Positions 45,744 to 55,461 of a stretch of DNA of 64,000 nt are shown here, in pieces (positions within the stretch are counted from its first letter, which is position 1; every line of letters starts with the position of its first letter). The stretch is taken from NCBI GenBank assembly GCA_018992685.1, contig JACVGT010000031.1:4185-68184 (forward strand), written 5' to 3'. The notes below the pieces were generated by a model. It was not told where the DNA came from and searched no databases. It worked only from the letters and a program-made list of their open reading frames with translations. This DNA is from Theionarchaea archaeon. Its GTDB lineage: Archaea > Methanobacteriota_B > Thermococci > Methanofastidiosales > SZ-28-30. The position numbers were made by a program, and so were the translations under genes.

Positions 45744-48430
45744 GATCAGCTATCATTGGAGCGGGTACTGCGGGTGTCAGGGCTGCTGTGGAACTGGACA
45801 ACAGGAATTCCAGCGTTCTGCTCATTGAGAAGAATTTCTATATTGGTGGGAAGCTGACAGAATTGTCCAGGCTCTATCCTGTGTGCGAATTGTATTATGC
45901 TCATCGGTTTTTCTCTCAATTGAATGACTCTGTCAATGTTGACATCATGACAGGTTCAGATGTTGTGAATATTGAAAAATCTGAGGGAAATACATACGCC
46001 CTGACAATTCGGAAAACCCCCCGGTACGTCACGGGGAACTGCACTCTCTGTCTAGAATGTGTGGAGGTCTGCACACCTCAGGCTGTTCGCAAGCCTCCGT
46101 TCCAGTCCATTCCTCAGACAGTCTACATTGATAGAGAAACCTGTGGAGCATGCAGAAAATGTGAGAAGATCTGCCCGGAAAATGCCATCACCCTTGATGA
46201 AAAGGAAGAGCTGGTGAAGAGAGAGGTAGAGGACGTCATATTCTGCACAGGGTCGGAGTTAGTTGATCCAGAAAAGTATAGCGAGTTTGGATATGGACGA
46301 TTCCCTGATGTTATAACCTCCATGGAACTGGAGAAAATGCTTCACCCTTCTTTTGAGTCGAAATTTGTCAGGCTTTCGGATGGAAAAAGACCAGAGAGAA
46401 TTGCATTTCTGCAGTGTGTGGGTTCAAGAGATGCTGTCAGAGGAGAACCGTATTGTTCCAGGGTCTGTTGCATGCAGGCATTGAATGAAGCCAGGGTTAT
46501 CAAGGAGAGATATCCAGATACTGAACCGTACATATTCTTTACCGACCTGCAGTGTTCAGGAAAGAGGTGGGAGCACTTCTGTGAGACTGCCAGGGGCATG
46601 GGTGTTACCTGCATCAGGTGTCGAATTCCAGCAGTCTATGAAGAGCAGGGAAGTGTCTCAATAACCTACGCAGAGGATGAATTAGTGACCATGACTGTGG
46701 ACATGATAGTACTGTCCACGGGCATCGTGCCCCCTGCAAATAAGTACGGCCTGCCTGAGAACGAGTATGGATTCCCTAGAGAGAAGTCATGTGGACTGTT
46801 CTTCCACCCTGCAGATATCACTGAGTCTGTTCAGGAGGCTCTGGCAGCTCTTTCCAGTGTTCCCGGGAGCTACTCCAGTGGATCTGCATGGACAGGTGAG
46901 CCCGGTCTTGACATTGTCCTATGCAGGTGCGGAACCGAGTCACACCTTGCTGATTTGATGAGGAACAGGGGGTATAGAGTTCGCGAGTTAGATGACGTGT
47001 GTAGAACCGCACAACATTCTCTCCTGAAACAGGAAAAAACCGTTGTGGGCGCCTGTGCTCTCCACGAACAGCTGTTCCTGAGGCTGGCCCAGGAACGTAA
47101 TTCTTTTGTAGAAGTCGTTCCTTTGCGAGAAATGAGCTGGATTTCTGAAGATGGTGACTCAAGAGAGAGGTCATTGCAGATGGCAGTGGCCAAACTGGAG
47201 CGCCTGGACACATCCAGAATCACGTGGTCACAGACAGAGGTGTTCCCTGCAGTTGTGATCGTTGGAGGCGGGGTGGCAGGGCTGGCAGCGGCTCTTGATC
47301 TCGCAGATACGTACAAAGTGGTTATCATAGAGAAGAGCCCCCACCTGGGAGGAAGAGCCCTCAACATCCAGTATTCTCTGGACTACAGTCCCCGGGAGGT
47401 TGCACAGGACCTGATACAGAGGGCTGAAATCCATTCGAATATTGAAATCCTGACTGGAACGGAGATCACCACCTTGACAGGAGACCCTGGAAATTTCACT
47501 GTGGGGACCACCAGGCAAGACATTACCTGTGGGGCTATCATAGTAGCAGCAGGAGCAGATGAATTCCAGCACCAGTATGACCACCCCTTGGTTATTACAC
47601 AGACGCAGCTCGAAGACAGAATACGGAACAACGATATTCCCCATGTGGTGGTCATGGTCCAGTGCATGGGTTCCAGAAATCAGGAACATCACTGGTGTTC
47701 TGCTGTATGCTGTTCAAAAGCCATTTCCAACAGCCTCACGATCCTGGAGAAGACCAATGCTCAGGTTCTCATCCTGTACAGGGATATGCGGACTTACGGA
47801 TTTCAGGACAGTTACTACAGGAAGGCTCGTGAAGCAGGCGTCATTTTTCTTCAAAATGATGAAATGCCCGAAATTCGAGTGGACGAATCTGTTTCTGTGG
47901 TGTATGAAGACCCCATCCTGCATGCAAGAATACTGATCGAGCCCGATTTGCTTGTTTTGAGTACTGGCATTATCCCGAAGAAAGAATCGAGAGAACTGGC
48001 AAAGATTCTGGGAATTTCTCTTGATCAGGATGGATTTTTCAGGGAATCACATCCAGAATTCTATCCCACAGATTCTACAAAGGATGGCATCTTCATATGT
48101 GGGCTCTGTCACTCTCCTCAGAATGTCAAGGAGAGTGTGATACAGGCACGGGCTGCTGCTTCCAGGGCGAGAACATTCCTTTCTTCCGCCTATAAGACGT
48201 GTACTGCCATCACAGTTAAGCAGGAGCTGTGTACTGGTTGCTCAATTTGTGTGGACGTGTGCCCGTTCAAAGCCATTTCTCTTGAATCAGACGAGCTGAC
48301 CGTTGACATGAGCCTCTGCAAGGACTGCGGACTCTGCGTGGGAAGCTGCCCCACGAGTGCTTTGACCCAGACTACCCTCTCTGATGACCAAATCCGTGGC
48401 ATGGTGAGGGTCATGGAGGGAATCGAATGA
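45740..48430 (+). CDS. hdrA: heterodisulfide reductase subunit A, tandem-duplicated (896 aa)
   Basis: Two FAD/Rossmann motifs (IIGAGTAGVRAA; IVGGGVAGLAAA). Two HdrA signature blocks (FLQCVGSRD..YCSRVCC; VQCMGSRNQEHHWCSAVCC). Two 2x[4Fe-4S] motif pairs (CTLCLECVEVC + CGACRKCEKICP; CTGCSICVDVCP + CKDCGLCVGSCP). GTG start overlaps the hdrB stop. Confidence 0.85.
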   Translation: MRSAIIGAGTAGVRAAVELDNRNSSVLLIEKNFYIGGKLTELSRLYPVCELYYAHRFFSQLNDSVNVDIMTGSDVVNIEKSEGNTYALTIRKTPRYVTGNCTLCLECVEVCTPQAVRKPPFQSIPQTVYIDRETCGACRKCEKICPENAITLDEKEELVKREVEDVIFCTGSELVDPEKYSEFGYGRFPDVITSMELEKMLHPSFESKFVRLSDGKRPERIAFLQCVGSRDAVRGEPYCSRVCCMQALNEARVIKERYPDTEPYIFFTDLQCSGKRWEHFCETARGMGVTCIRCRIPAVYEEQGSVSITYAEDELVTMTVDMIVLSTGIVPPANKYGLPENEYGFPREKSCGLFFHPADITESVQEALAALSSVPGSYSSGSAWTGEPGLDIVLCRCGTESHLADLMRNRGYRVRELDDVCRTAQHSLLKQEKTVVGACALHEQLFLRLAQERNSFVEVVPLREMSWISEDGDSRERSLQMAVAKLERLDTSRITWSQTEVFPAVVIVGGGVAGLAAALDLADTYKVVIIEKSPHLGGRALNIQYSLDYSPREVAQDLIQRAEIHSNIEILTGTEITTLTGDPGNFTVGTTRQDITCGAIIVAAGADEFQHQYDHPLVITQTQLEDRIRNNDIPHVVVMVQCMGSRNQEHHWCSAVCCSKAISNSLTILEKTNAQVLILYRDMRTYGFQDSYYRKAREAGVIFLQNDEMPEIRVDESVSVVYEDPILHARILIEPDLLVLSTGIIPKKESRELAKILGISLDQDGFFRESHPEFYPTDSTKDGIFICGLCHSPQNVKESVIQARAAASRARTFLSSAYKTCTAITVKQELCTGCSICVDVCPFKAISLESDELTVDMSLCKDCGLCVGSCPTSALTQTTLSDDQIRGMVRVMEGIE

Positions 48431-48801
48431 GAATCGTAGCATTTGTCTGCAACTGGTGTGCCAGGGCTGGCGTGGAATTGGCAGCTTATGAACGCATTGG
48501 GTATCCCGACGTGGGACTCATCTATGTCAATTGTACAGGGAGAATTGATGTTCAGTTGATTCTGCAAACGCTAGAGAAGGTAGACGGCGTGGTGATCTGC
48601 GCGTGTCATCTGGGAGATGATCACTACGGGTCAGGCAACTACAAGACATTGAAGAAAGTGTTGTTGACCAAAAAGATACTGGCACAACTGGGCATCAACC
48701 CTGAAAGGGTCTGCCTGGAATGGATCTCCTCTACAGAGGCAGAGAAACTTGGTGAAGCAGTCAAGAAAATGAAAGAGACTCTTGAAGAAATGACCTCTTG
48801 A
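48427..48801 (+). CDS. mvhD: MvhD/FlpD-like (methyl-viologen-reducing hydrogenase delta subunit family) protein
   Basis: IVAFVCNWCARAG...YVNCTGRID...DGVVICACHLGDDHYGSGNYK...WISSTEAEK. ATGA overlap with hdrA. Confidence 0.85.
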   Translation: MRIVAFVCNWCARAGVELAAYERIGYPDVGLIYVNCTGRIDVQLILQTLEKVDGVVICACHLGDDHYGSGNYKTLKKVLLTKKILAQLGINPERVCLEWISSTEAEKLGEAVKKMKETLEEMTS

Positions 48802-48918
48802 ACCAGTAAGAATACCCTGATTCTTCAGGGCTCTACTTTTCGTTGACTGCCAGAAGACATAGAGGGCTGTATTGAGGGAAATATGTTCTGATACGTTCCC
48901 CGTGCCTGGAGGTCAAAG

Positions 48919-49359
48919 TCAGCTTTCGCTTCGGTCTCTCTTACTCAGATATACAATATCTTCGCCTATGAGATATCCCATCCTCTGGAACAGGTTGATA
49001 GAAGGCACATTGTCATCGTATATCAGGATTCCGATAACTTCAGCACCCCTCTTTTTGAGAGCATCCTCAGCACCCGTAATAAGCACCTGGGCAATACCCT
49101 GCCTTCGATACCCGGGGAGAACGGCCAACCTGTTGATCCAGCCCTTTCTCCCATCAAAGGTGGCAATAATACAGCCCACCAATTCACCTTCCAGGAAGGC
49201 CCCCAGGAAGAAATCAGGATTCTCTTCCATTTGTCTGCTGATTTCTTCTCTACTGTCCCTCCCTCCAGGTCTGTAGGGCAGCCCTGCCTTTTCCCACAGG
49301 GACACGAGGTGATCATAATACTCCGGAGAGAGCACTCTTATCTCAATCATCCTGTCCAC
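48919..49359 (-). CDS. GNAT family N-acetyltransferase
   Basis: Motif A LAVLPGYRRQGIAQVLITGAEDALKKRGA. Confidence 0.85.
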   Translation of the reverse strand: MDRMIEIRVLSPEYYDHLVSLWEKAGLPYRPGGRDSREEISRQMEENPDFFLGAFLEGELVGCIIATFDGRKGWINRLAVLPGYRRQGIAQVLITGAEDALKKRGAEVIGILIYDDNVPSINLFQRMGYLIGEDIVYLSKRDRSES

Positions 49360-49425
49360 TGTCAGGTATACCTTTAAAAATATTCACATGCATGATGAGA
49401 AAACGAGCTCCTAGCAGGTGATCTC

Positions 49426-50169
49426 ATGGATGTTGAGAGGATTGTTGGATTTCTGGATGAGTATTTGAAGACAAAGGAAATCGAAGACGACTGCAACAAT
49501 GGACTGCAGGTAGAATGTGATGCTGAAATCAAAAAGGTTGGATTCTCTGTAGACGCTTCAATGGAATTATTCAAGCGGGGGAAGAAAGAAGGTTGTCAAT
49601 TGCTCATTGTCCACCACGGGTTGATATGGGGAGGGATATCCTATATAAGGGGGGTTCAGTACAGGAGAATTAGAGAATTGATTGAGAATACCATGGGACT
49701 CTATGCAGCTCATCTCCCCCTGGATGTACACCCAGAAGTGGGCAATACTGCTGTCCTTGCACGGTTACTGGGATTGGAGATCGTGGGGGACTTTTTCAGG
49801 TATAAGAACGTGAACCTTGGATTGCTCTGTAAGACCTGCATCAGCAGAGAAGAACTGACCATGAAGATTAACCAGGAGGTAGGAGACTGTCAGGTGCTGG
49901 AATTCGGGCCTGACCTGGTTGAGCATGTGGGTATGGTGACTGGATCTGGAACTCAAGCTCTTGATTCAGCAGTTCAAGCAGGATGTGACACGTTCATAAC
50001 GGGTGAGCCAAAGCACGTGTCGTACCATCAGGCAAAGGAATCAAAGATCAATGTCATGTATGCAGGCCACTACCAGACAGAGACGTCGGGAGTCAAAGCG
50101 CTCATGGACAAAGTGAGTGCATCATGTGAAGTGGAAACAGTATTCTGTGATATTCCCACAGGGTTCTAG
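49426..50169 (+). CDS. Nif3 family (GTP cyclohydrolase 1 type 2 homolog) metal-binding protein
   Basis: NGLQVE, LLIVHHGLIWGG, AHLPLDVHPEVGN, FITGEPKH, AGHYQTE. Confidence 0.85.
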   Translation: MDVERIVGFLDEYLKTKEIEDDCNNGLQVECDAEIKKVGFSVDASMELFKRGKKEGCQLLIVHHGLIWGGISYIRGVQYRRIRELIENTMGLYAAHLPLDVHPEVGNTAVLARLLGLEIVGDFFRYKNVNLGLLCKTCISREELTMKINQEVGDCQVLEFGPDLVEHVGMVTGSGTQALDSAVQAGCDTFITGEPKHVSYHQAKESKINVMYAGHYQTETSGVKALMDKVSASCEVETVFCDIPTGF

Positions 50170-50229
50170 AGGACTGCTTTCAGGGGAAAAAGGGAAAAAC
50201 AGATATTAAGAAACTCTTTTCACAAATGT

Positions 50230-50691
50230 CTATGGGCGGTATTTTTCCTTCAAGATCTGTAACCATCGTGCTATGCCCTCTTTTTCTATCTGTTTGTTAG
50301 TGTCTATGATGGACTTTCTGGCTTCAGGCAGAGTTCCTTTCTGGAGGTTCCTGCAGGGAAACTGATCACATTCAAAGCAAAAGTCCACTCCTTTTCGTAT
50401 GCAGCAATTCCGGGCCGGGCAGTCTGGCCACCAGGACCATCCTCCCCCGAAGCGGCATCCCTTACACGGTTCAGTTTTCGAAGCAAGCCACTCTAGCCCT
50501 TTCGTAAATTCTTCATAGTCACATGCCTCTTGTGCTTCAGCTATGAGTTTCAGTGATCCAATTCTCTCAACAAATGTCAGGAGCCTTTTTGCTGCCTCCA
50601 CCACCGTCCCTTTATGATACTGACAAAGGGCACAATAGTATCTTCCACAGTATGACACATACTGTTGTTCACCTTCCACCATTTTTTTCAC
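50230..50691 (-). CDS. DUF3795-like Cys-rich protein
   Basis: YCGRYYCALCQYH...CKGCRFGGGW...CPARNCCIRKGVDFCFECDQFPC. Confidence 0.65.
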   Translation of the reverse strand: MKKMVEGEQQYVSYCGRYYCALCQYHKGTVVEAAKRLLTFVERIGSLKLIAEAQEACDYEEFTKGLEWLASKTEPCKGCRFGGGWSWWPDCPARNCCIRKGVDFCFECDQFPCRNLQKGTLPEARKSIIDTNKQIEKEGIARWLQILKEKYRP

Positions 50692-50738
50692 CTGTCCTCA
50701 CTGCAAGACAGTGCTTAAGAATGTATCCAGTTGCAGAC

Positions 50739-51341
50739 TCACCTGATGAACCGAGCGAAGAGGCTCACCAGGAAAGGAACCAGCAGTGTAATAATAACCC
50801 CACTAATGACAGCTAACACACCCACCGTCTTAGAGGTGCACTGAATGATGACCGGCAATGTCGTATCCATGGAAGTCGCCCCACCAGATGCCACAGGTGC
50901 CAACCGACTGATCCTGGCCAAGCCGGGACTGGTGACAACAGTCAGAATCTCCCTGAAGATGTTGGACAGGAACGCAAGTGTCCCCAGAGCAGTGCCCACT
51001 GCCTGAGTCAGTATAATACTCGAGAGAGTGTAGTAGCCCATTCCAGAAGCAACAGCCAGTGACTCATAGATGGACATTCCCAACAGAACACTGAGTACCA
51101 CCCCCCCCAGTAAACTCCCCGCAGTGATCGCCAGAGGTAATGCAAGGATTCTAACTCCCATTCTCTTCAGGTCTATCAATACTTCTTTGTTTGCTCCCAC
51201 ATCTATTCCCACCAGAAACAGCAAGGCAATCAACAGTAATTGCGAGACAGAGGTCACACCTCCCAGAGCAGTCTCAGGGACGATGTTGAAGAACCCGACA
51301 AGAACTCCTATCACCAGGGCACTCACAATCATGGCTATCAT
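50739..51341 (-). CDS. LysO/DUF340 family membrane protein (large part)
   Basis: 6 TM helices; LFLVGIDVGANK motif. ATGA overlap with the small DUF340 ORF upstream. Confidence 0.6.
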   Translation of the reverse strand: MIAMIVSALVIGVLVGFFNIVPETALGGVTSVSQLLLIALLFLVGIDVGANKEVLIDLKRMGVRILALPLAITAGSLLGGVVLSVLLGMSIYESLAVASGMGYYTLSSIILTQAVGTALGTLAFLSNIFREILTVVTSPGLARISRLAPVASGGATSMDTTLPVIIQCTSKTVGVLAVISGVIITLLVPFLVSLFARFIR

Positions 51342-51607
51342 GACATCACCCGTGCTCTCTCAATGGCCATCACCGCCAGAACACTTCCTGAAATTGTGAC
51401 TACTGCAAAAAGAGCTGCATGAACGCCAATTGTGGACAGATTCTCAATAATTGATTTGTTCATCCCAATTTGCAGTCCCATAAACAGGATCAACAGGAAG
51501 ATCACTGCGGTATATCCCTTTTGAATGAGAGTCTTGTGGGATTCCTTGAGAGGGAGGATTCTCCCGATAATGATACCGCAGACTAATGAAAGAATAATGT
51601 CTATCAT
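51338..51607 (-). CDS. LysO/DUF340 family membrane protein (small part)
   Basis: 3 TM helices; LLILFMGLQIGMNK parallels the motif in the large part. This looks like a natural two-gene arrangement. Confidence 0.55.
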   Translation of the reverse strand: MIDIILSLVCGIIIGRILPLKESHKTLIQKGYTAVIFLLILFMGLQIGMNKSIIENLSTIGVHAALFAVVTISGSVLAVMAIERARVMS

Positions 51608-51676
51608 AGTTATTTCTCCCTACCAGTATTTTTAAGGGTTCATATGACGTGGTAAGGAGTGAAGCCCCTGCAAAGG

Positions 51677-51684
51677 TTTATCTT
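51677..51684 (+). promoter_or_regulatory. TATA-like box (TTTATCTT)
   Basis: It lies 29 nt upstream of ATG 51706. Confidence 0.35.
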
Positions 51685-51705
51685 CTCAGTGGAAACAGTG
51701 CCCCC

Positions 51706-52907
51706 ATGATAGGTCACTTCAGAAAGACCCATTCCAGATCTGAGAAATTCCATCGCAGGGCAGCCAGGGTCATGCCTGGTGGAGATACTAGGTCAGTCAC
51801 CTACTTCGACCCCTACCCGTGTTTCATGGAGAGTGGCTCCGGATGTCGAATGTATGATGTGGATGGAAAAGAGTACCTGGATTTTCTCAATAATTATACG
51901 TCCCTCATATTGGGTCACGCTCACCCCAGAGTCGTTGCCCGAGTGTGTCATCAGATCGAGAAAGGGGCCGTCTACCCGGCGCCCACTGAGGCCCAGACGG
52001 TGCTGGCAGAGGTCCTCATCAGGAGAATTCCGTCCCTGAAGAAGATCAGGTTTTGTAATTCAGGCACTGAAGCCAATATTCAGGCTATCAGAGCTGCAAG
52101 AGCATTTACTAAAAGGAAAAGAGTGATAAAGGTGTACCGGGGATACCATGGCAGTTTTGACTTTGATAATTCTATTGATATTACTTTTAACGATCTGGAG
52201 AAGGCGGAGAACCTCATTAGAGAAAACAGAGATGAAGCTGCCTGCGTCATCATTGAACCTGTTTTGGGGAAGGGGATGATACCTGCCTCAAAGGATTTTC
52301 TTTCGGGGCTGAGAGAGATCACAGCTCGCTATGACATCGTGTTTATCTTGGATGAGGTAGTGACTTTCAGACTGGCCCCTGGGGGCGTTCAGAGCCTGTA
52401 CAAGATTGAACCAGATATCACTGTACTGGGGAAAATAATTGGAGGAGGGTTTCCGGTTGGAGCCTTTGGAGAAGAGAGGACCTGATGATGCAGTTCTCTC
52501 CTCAGATGGAGGCATTCGTCCCCCACTCAGGAACCTTCAATGGAAACCCCGTCACCATGGTGGCGGGAATGGAGACAATGAAGATGCTGGATGGCCAGGC
52601 AATCAAGAAACTGAACGACATGGGAGATAGCCTGAAACGGGCTCTCACTGATCTGCTGGACGGAAAGGCGTGCATATCCGGAATGGGGTCTCTCCTGCAC
52701 TTCCAGGCTGCTGAGACACCTGCTTCGAATGCAGAGGAATTTGAAACCCAGGACAAGGACTTTTTCAGAAGGCTGCACATTCTCATGCTGCTAAATGGGA
52801 TATACATGGCGCCCAGGGGGTTATTCAACTTGTCGTTGCCCATGGGAGATGAGGAACTGGATCAATTTGTCAGATGCACCGAAAAAATCATTGATGATAC
52901 TCTCTGA
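51706..52907 (+). pseudogene. class III PLP aminotransferase/aminomutase (HemL-like), interrupted by a 1-nt frameshift
   Basis: ORFs 51649..52485 and 52485..52907 are the N- and C-terminal parts of one protein (NSGTEANIQAIRAAR; PLP Lys in LGKIIGGGFPVGAFG; then HSGTFNGNPVTMVAG). Shifting by -1 at GGAGAAGAG (52468-52476) gives GAFG-RREDLMMQFSP. The total of 1202 nt is one short of a multiple of 3. Confidence 0.7.
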
Positions 52908-53469
52908 GCGGAATTTAGATCTGGAATGCATATGGCTAGAGAACGAATCAGACGTCTCACAGAACATCATGCTGCAAGCAAGAACCATATTTGCTGCGGG
53001 AATACTGATGAGATCTGGGATTTTTCTTAAACAATGTCGAAATTCAACCTGTTACTGAGATGATTCTTTCTAAATGTGATTAAAAAGGCAGATAGTTATG
53101 ATTCTGGTATTTTGAAAAAAAATTGACTATTCTTTCTGGCAAATTATATAAGTCAAAAGCATCATCAATAATCAGGATACTCGTGATCGCATTTCTAGTC
53201 CATGAACACATAGAGGATTGTTGGAGAACTGGGTCCCGTGTGGCAAATGAAGGAGCTTTCAACGTGTCTTTCTATAATAAGGAGATGGCTCATGATCTCC
53301 TTAACATGGACGAGGTCCTTTCAGCTCATTCCTCTGGACATATTGAGCATGGTTATGGACTTGAGCTCCCATCTATCATGTGTATTGACTTGAAATGGAT
53401 GTTCATTCAAGGGAACGAGACGAGTACCATTTTTCCCACGAAAAGGAGGAATAAAAAGGAGGAATAAAT

Positions 53470-54459
53470 ATGGAGTATTCAATACTTGGAAAAACGGGAA
53501 TAAGAGTGTCACGGATCTGTTTAGGAGCAATGTCTTTTGGCTGGCTGCTTACTGAAGAAGAATCCAGACCAATCATTGAAAAGGCACTGGATCTGGGAAT
53601 AACCTTCTTTGACACGGCCAATGTTTACGGCAGAGGACGATCAGAGGAGATTCTTGGCTCTGTCCTGAAAGACCATCGAGAGGATGTGATCATTGCCACC
53701 AAAGTGTTCTGGTCATTCCGTCAGCCAACGGCTGCTGGACTGTCTCGACCATTCGTATTCAAGGAAGTAGCAGACTCCCTCCATAGATTACAGACAGACT
53801 ACATAGATGTGTTATATGCACATAGATTCGATCCGAATACTTCTTGCGATGATATCCTCAGAACACTGAATATCTTGATAACCAAGGGAATTGTGCAGCA
53901 CATTGGAGTTTCGACTTTGTTCGCATGGGAACTCGCAAAATCGTTGTGGAAAGCTGACACATTGGGACTCGAACCCTTCCAGGTGGTTCAGCCCCACTAC
54001 AACCTTCTGTACCGGGAAGAGGAACGGGAGATACTCCCTCTGTGCAGAGACCAGAAGATAGCTGTCACAACCTGGGGATCTTTGGCCCGAGGCGTGCTGG
54101 CAGGTGGGTATTCACGAGCGGGGAAGCCAGCCACAGTCAGAGCACACAAGGATGCTGAATTGATAGACCACTGGTTTACCAGGGACCAGGATTTTCAAAT
54201 TGTGGATCGAGTCAAGGAATTGGCCAAAGAAAAAGACTGTTCTCCAGCCCAGATTGCTCTGGCTTGGATTCTTTCTAAACGCGAGATAACTGCCCCCATT
54301 GTTGGGATCACCAAGGTAGAGCATCTTGAAGAGGCAGTTTCCTCTCTAGATATTAGACTGTCACCGGAGAATATGGCGTATCTTGAGGAATTGTACAGGC
54401 CGCGAGAATTGACAGGACATTATAGTGGTGCTGCGATGCCCGGAGATCCTCGGGAATAG
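53470..54459 (+). CDS. aldo/keto reductase
   Basis: GIRVSRICLGAMSFG. Catalytic tetrad context FFDTANVYGRGRSEE, IATKV, YAHRFD. C-terminal PIVGITKVEHLEE. Confidence 0.9.
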   Translation: MEYSILGKTGIRVSRICLGAMSFGWLLTEEESRPIIEKALDLGITFFDTANVYGRGRSEEILGSVLKDHREDVIIATKVFWSFRQPTAAGLSRPFVFKEVADSLHRLQTDYIDVLYAHRFDPNTSCDDILRTLNILITKGIVQHIGVSTLFAWELAKSLWKADTLGLEPFQVVQPHYNLLYREEEREILPLCRDQKIAVTTWGSLARGVLAGGYSRAGKPATVRAHKDAELIDHWFTRDQDFQIVDRVKELAKEKDCSPAQIALAWILSKREITAPIVGITKVEHLEEAVSSLDIRLSPENMAYLEELYRPRELTGHYSGAAMPGDPRE

Positions 54460-55413
54460 GGAATTGGTCTTGGGAATGTTGTGAGGCAGGCGATCGATGT
54501 AGACCCACGACTCTCAAAAAGGAAGCAAAGACGAGTATTCCTGCGCTCGCTTAAGAAACCCTAATGATGCAGCGGAGACGAGAGTCTTTGGTCTGGCAGA
54601 CCACATTTCTCCTGGAGGTGTCACGAAATCGAATCTTAAAAAAAAGTGCTCTCTTTATCTGAGAAACACATATGAACACTTGCAACTAATATCAAAGGAG
54701 ACTTTGACCCTCTTTTGAGGAGTCGGAAACCTGTCTGCATCTTGAGATGAACAATCCTCTCCCACATTTCGACTCCTCACTCGTTTTTTGGCCCTGCTCG
54801 AAGGGCGAATCAGGTTTGCAACATAGAGTGAGAAATAGGCATTCTATGGGCCACAGAGAGAATTTTTCGAAAAAAAGAAAAAGGATGGATCCCCTGGTTC
54901 TCTTACTCTGACAGCCGTCGTGTGGACACTGGAGTCCTTCGAGCTGAGGCTGTCTGAAGACTTCCCTGCTGTCCATTGTTTTTGGCTGGAGAGGAGAGTG
55001 CGGTTAATGCCCGTGAAGATTCGCCACCAAAGGTACCAGTGACGACAACGCCTCATTTGCCACCAGTTAAGGTCTCCTTTTCCTCCAGGGCCTGTGAGTT
55101 CTTACCATTTGAAGACGATTTCCTGATCCTACTCCAGACTCAGCCAGTTGTCTCTTTGGATCCAAGAAAGAAACAACTATCTTCAGGCGGCCCCGAGTAT
55201 TCTTAAGACTTTCTGATCTTCAGCTTGTAGATTTTTTTAAGTTTTATAATTAATAGCAGAGAAAGGGTTTCCCAAGATATTATGGCTCAAAATTTTACAT
55301 TCATTCAGGATTTTCCTCTCTTAGGGGGATTGCGGGCCGATATATCTTTGCCCTAAAGTCAGTGTAGTCTCATCCGAAAGATTTATAAGGAGTTGATAAG
55401 AATATTACTAATA

Positions 55414-55431
55414 TGTGAGAATGATCTCACA
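55414..55431. promoter_or_regulatory. palindrome TGTGAGA-ATGA-TCTCACA (candidate operator)
   Basis: The perfect 7-bp arms begin about 25 nt downstream of the TATA-like TTTATAAG (55382-55389), i.e. over the expected transcription start of the regulator gene at 55462/55465. Confidence 0.4.
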
Positions 55432-55461
55432 AAATGGAACAATATGAAAAGGGAGTGAGTA

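Noticed and set aside
45740-48430. An in-frame TGA (selenocysteine) or a missed stop splitting the long hdrA
   Set aside because: The 896-codon frame is continuous with no internal stop, so the tandem architecture is not an artefact of read-through.
53000-53065. A possible C/D-box sRNA (CTGATGA ... CTGA about 50 nt apart)
   Set aside because: There are no internal D'/C' boxes and no convincing terminal stem. The boxes probably occur by chance.
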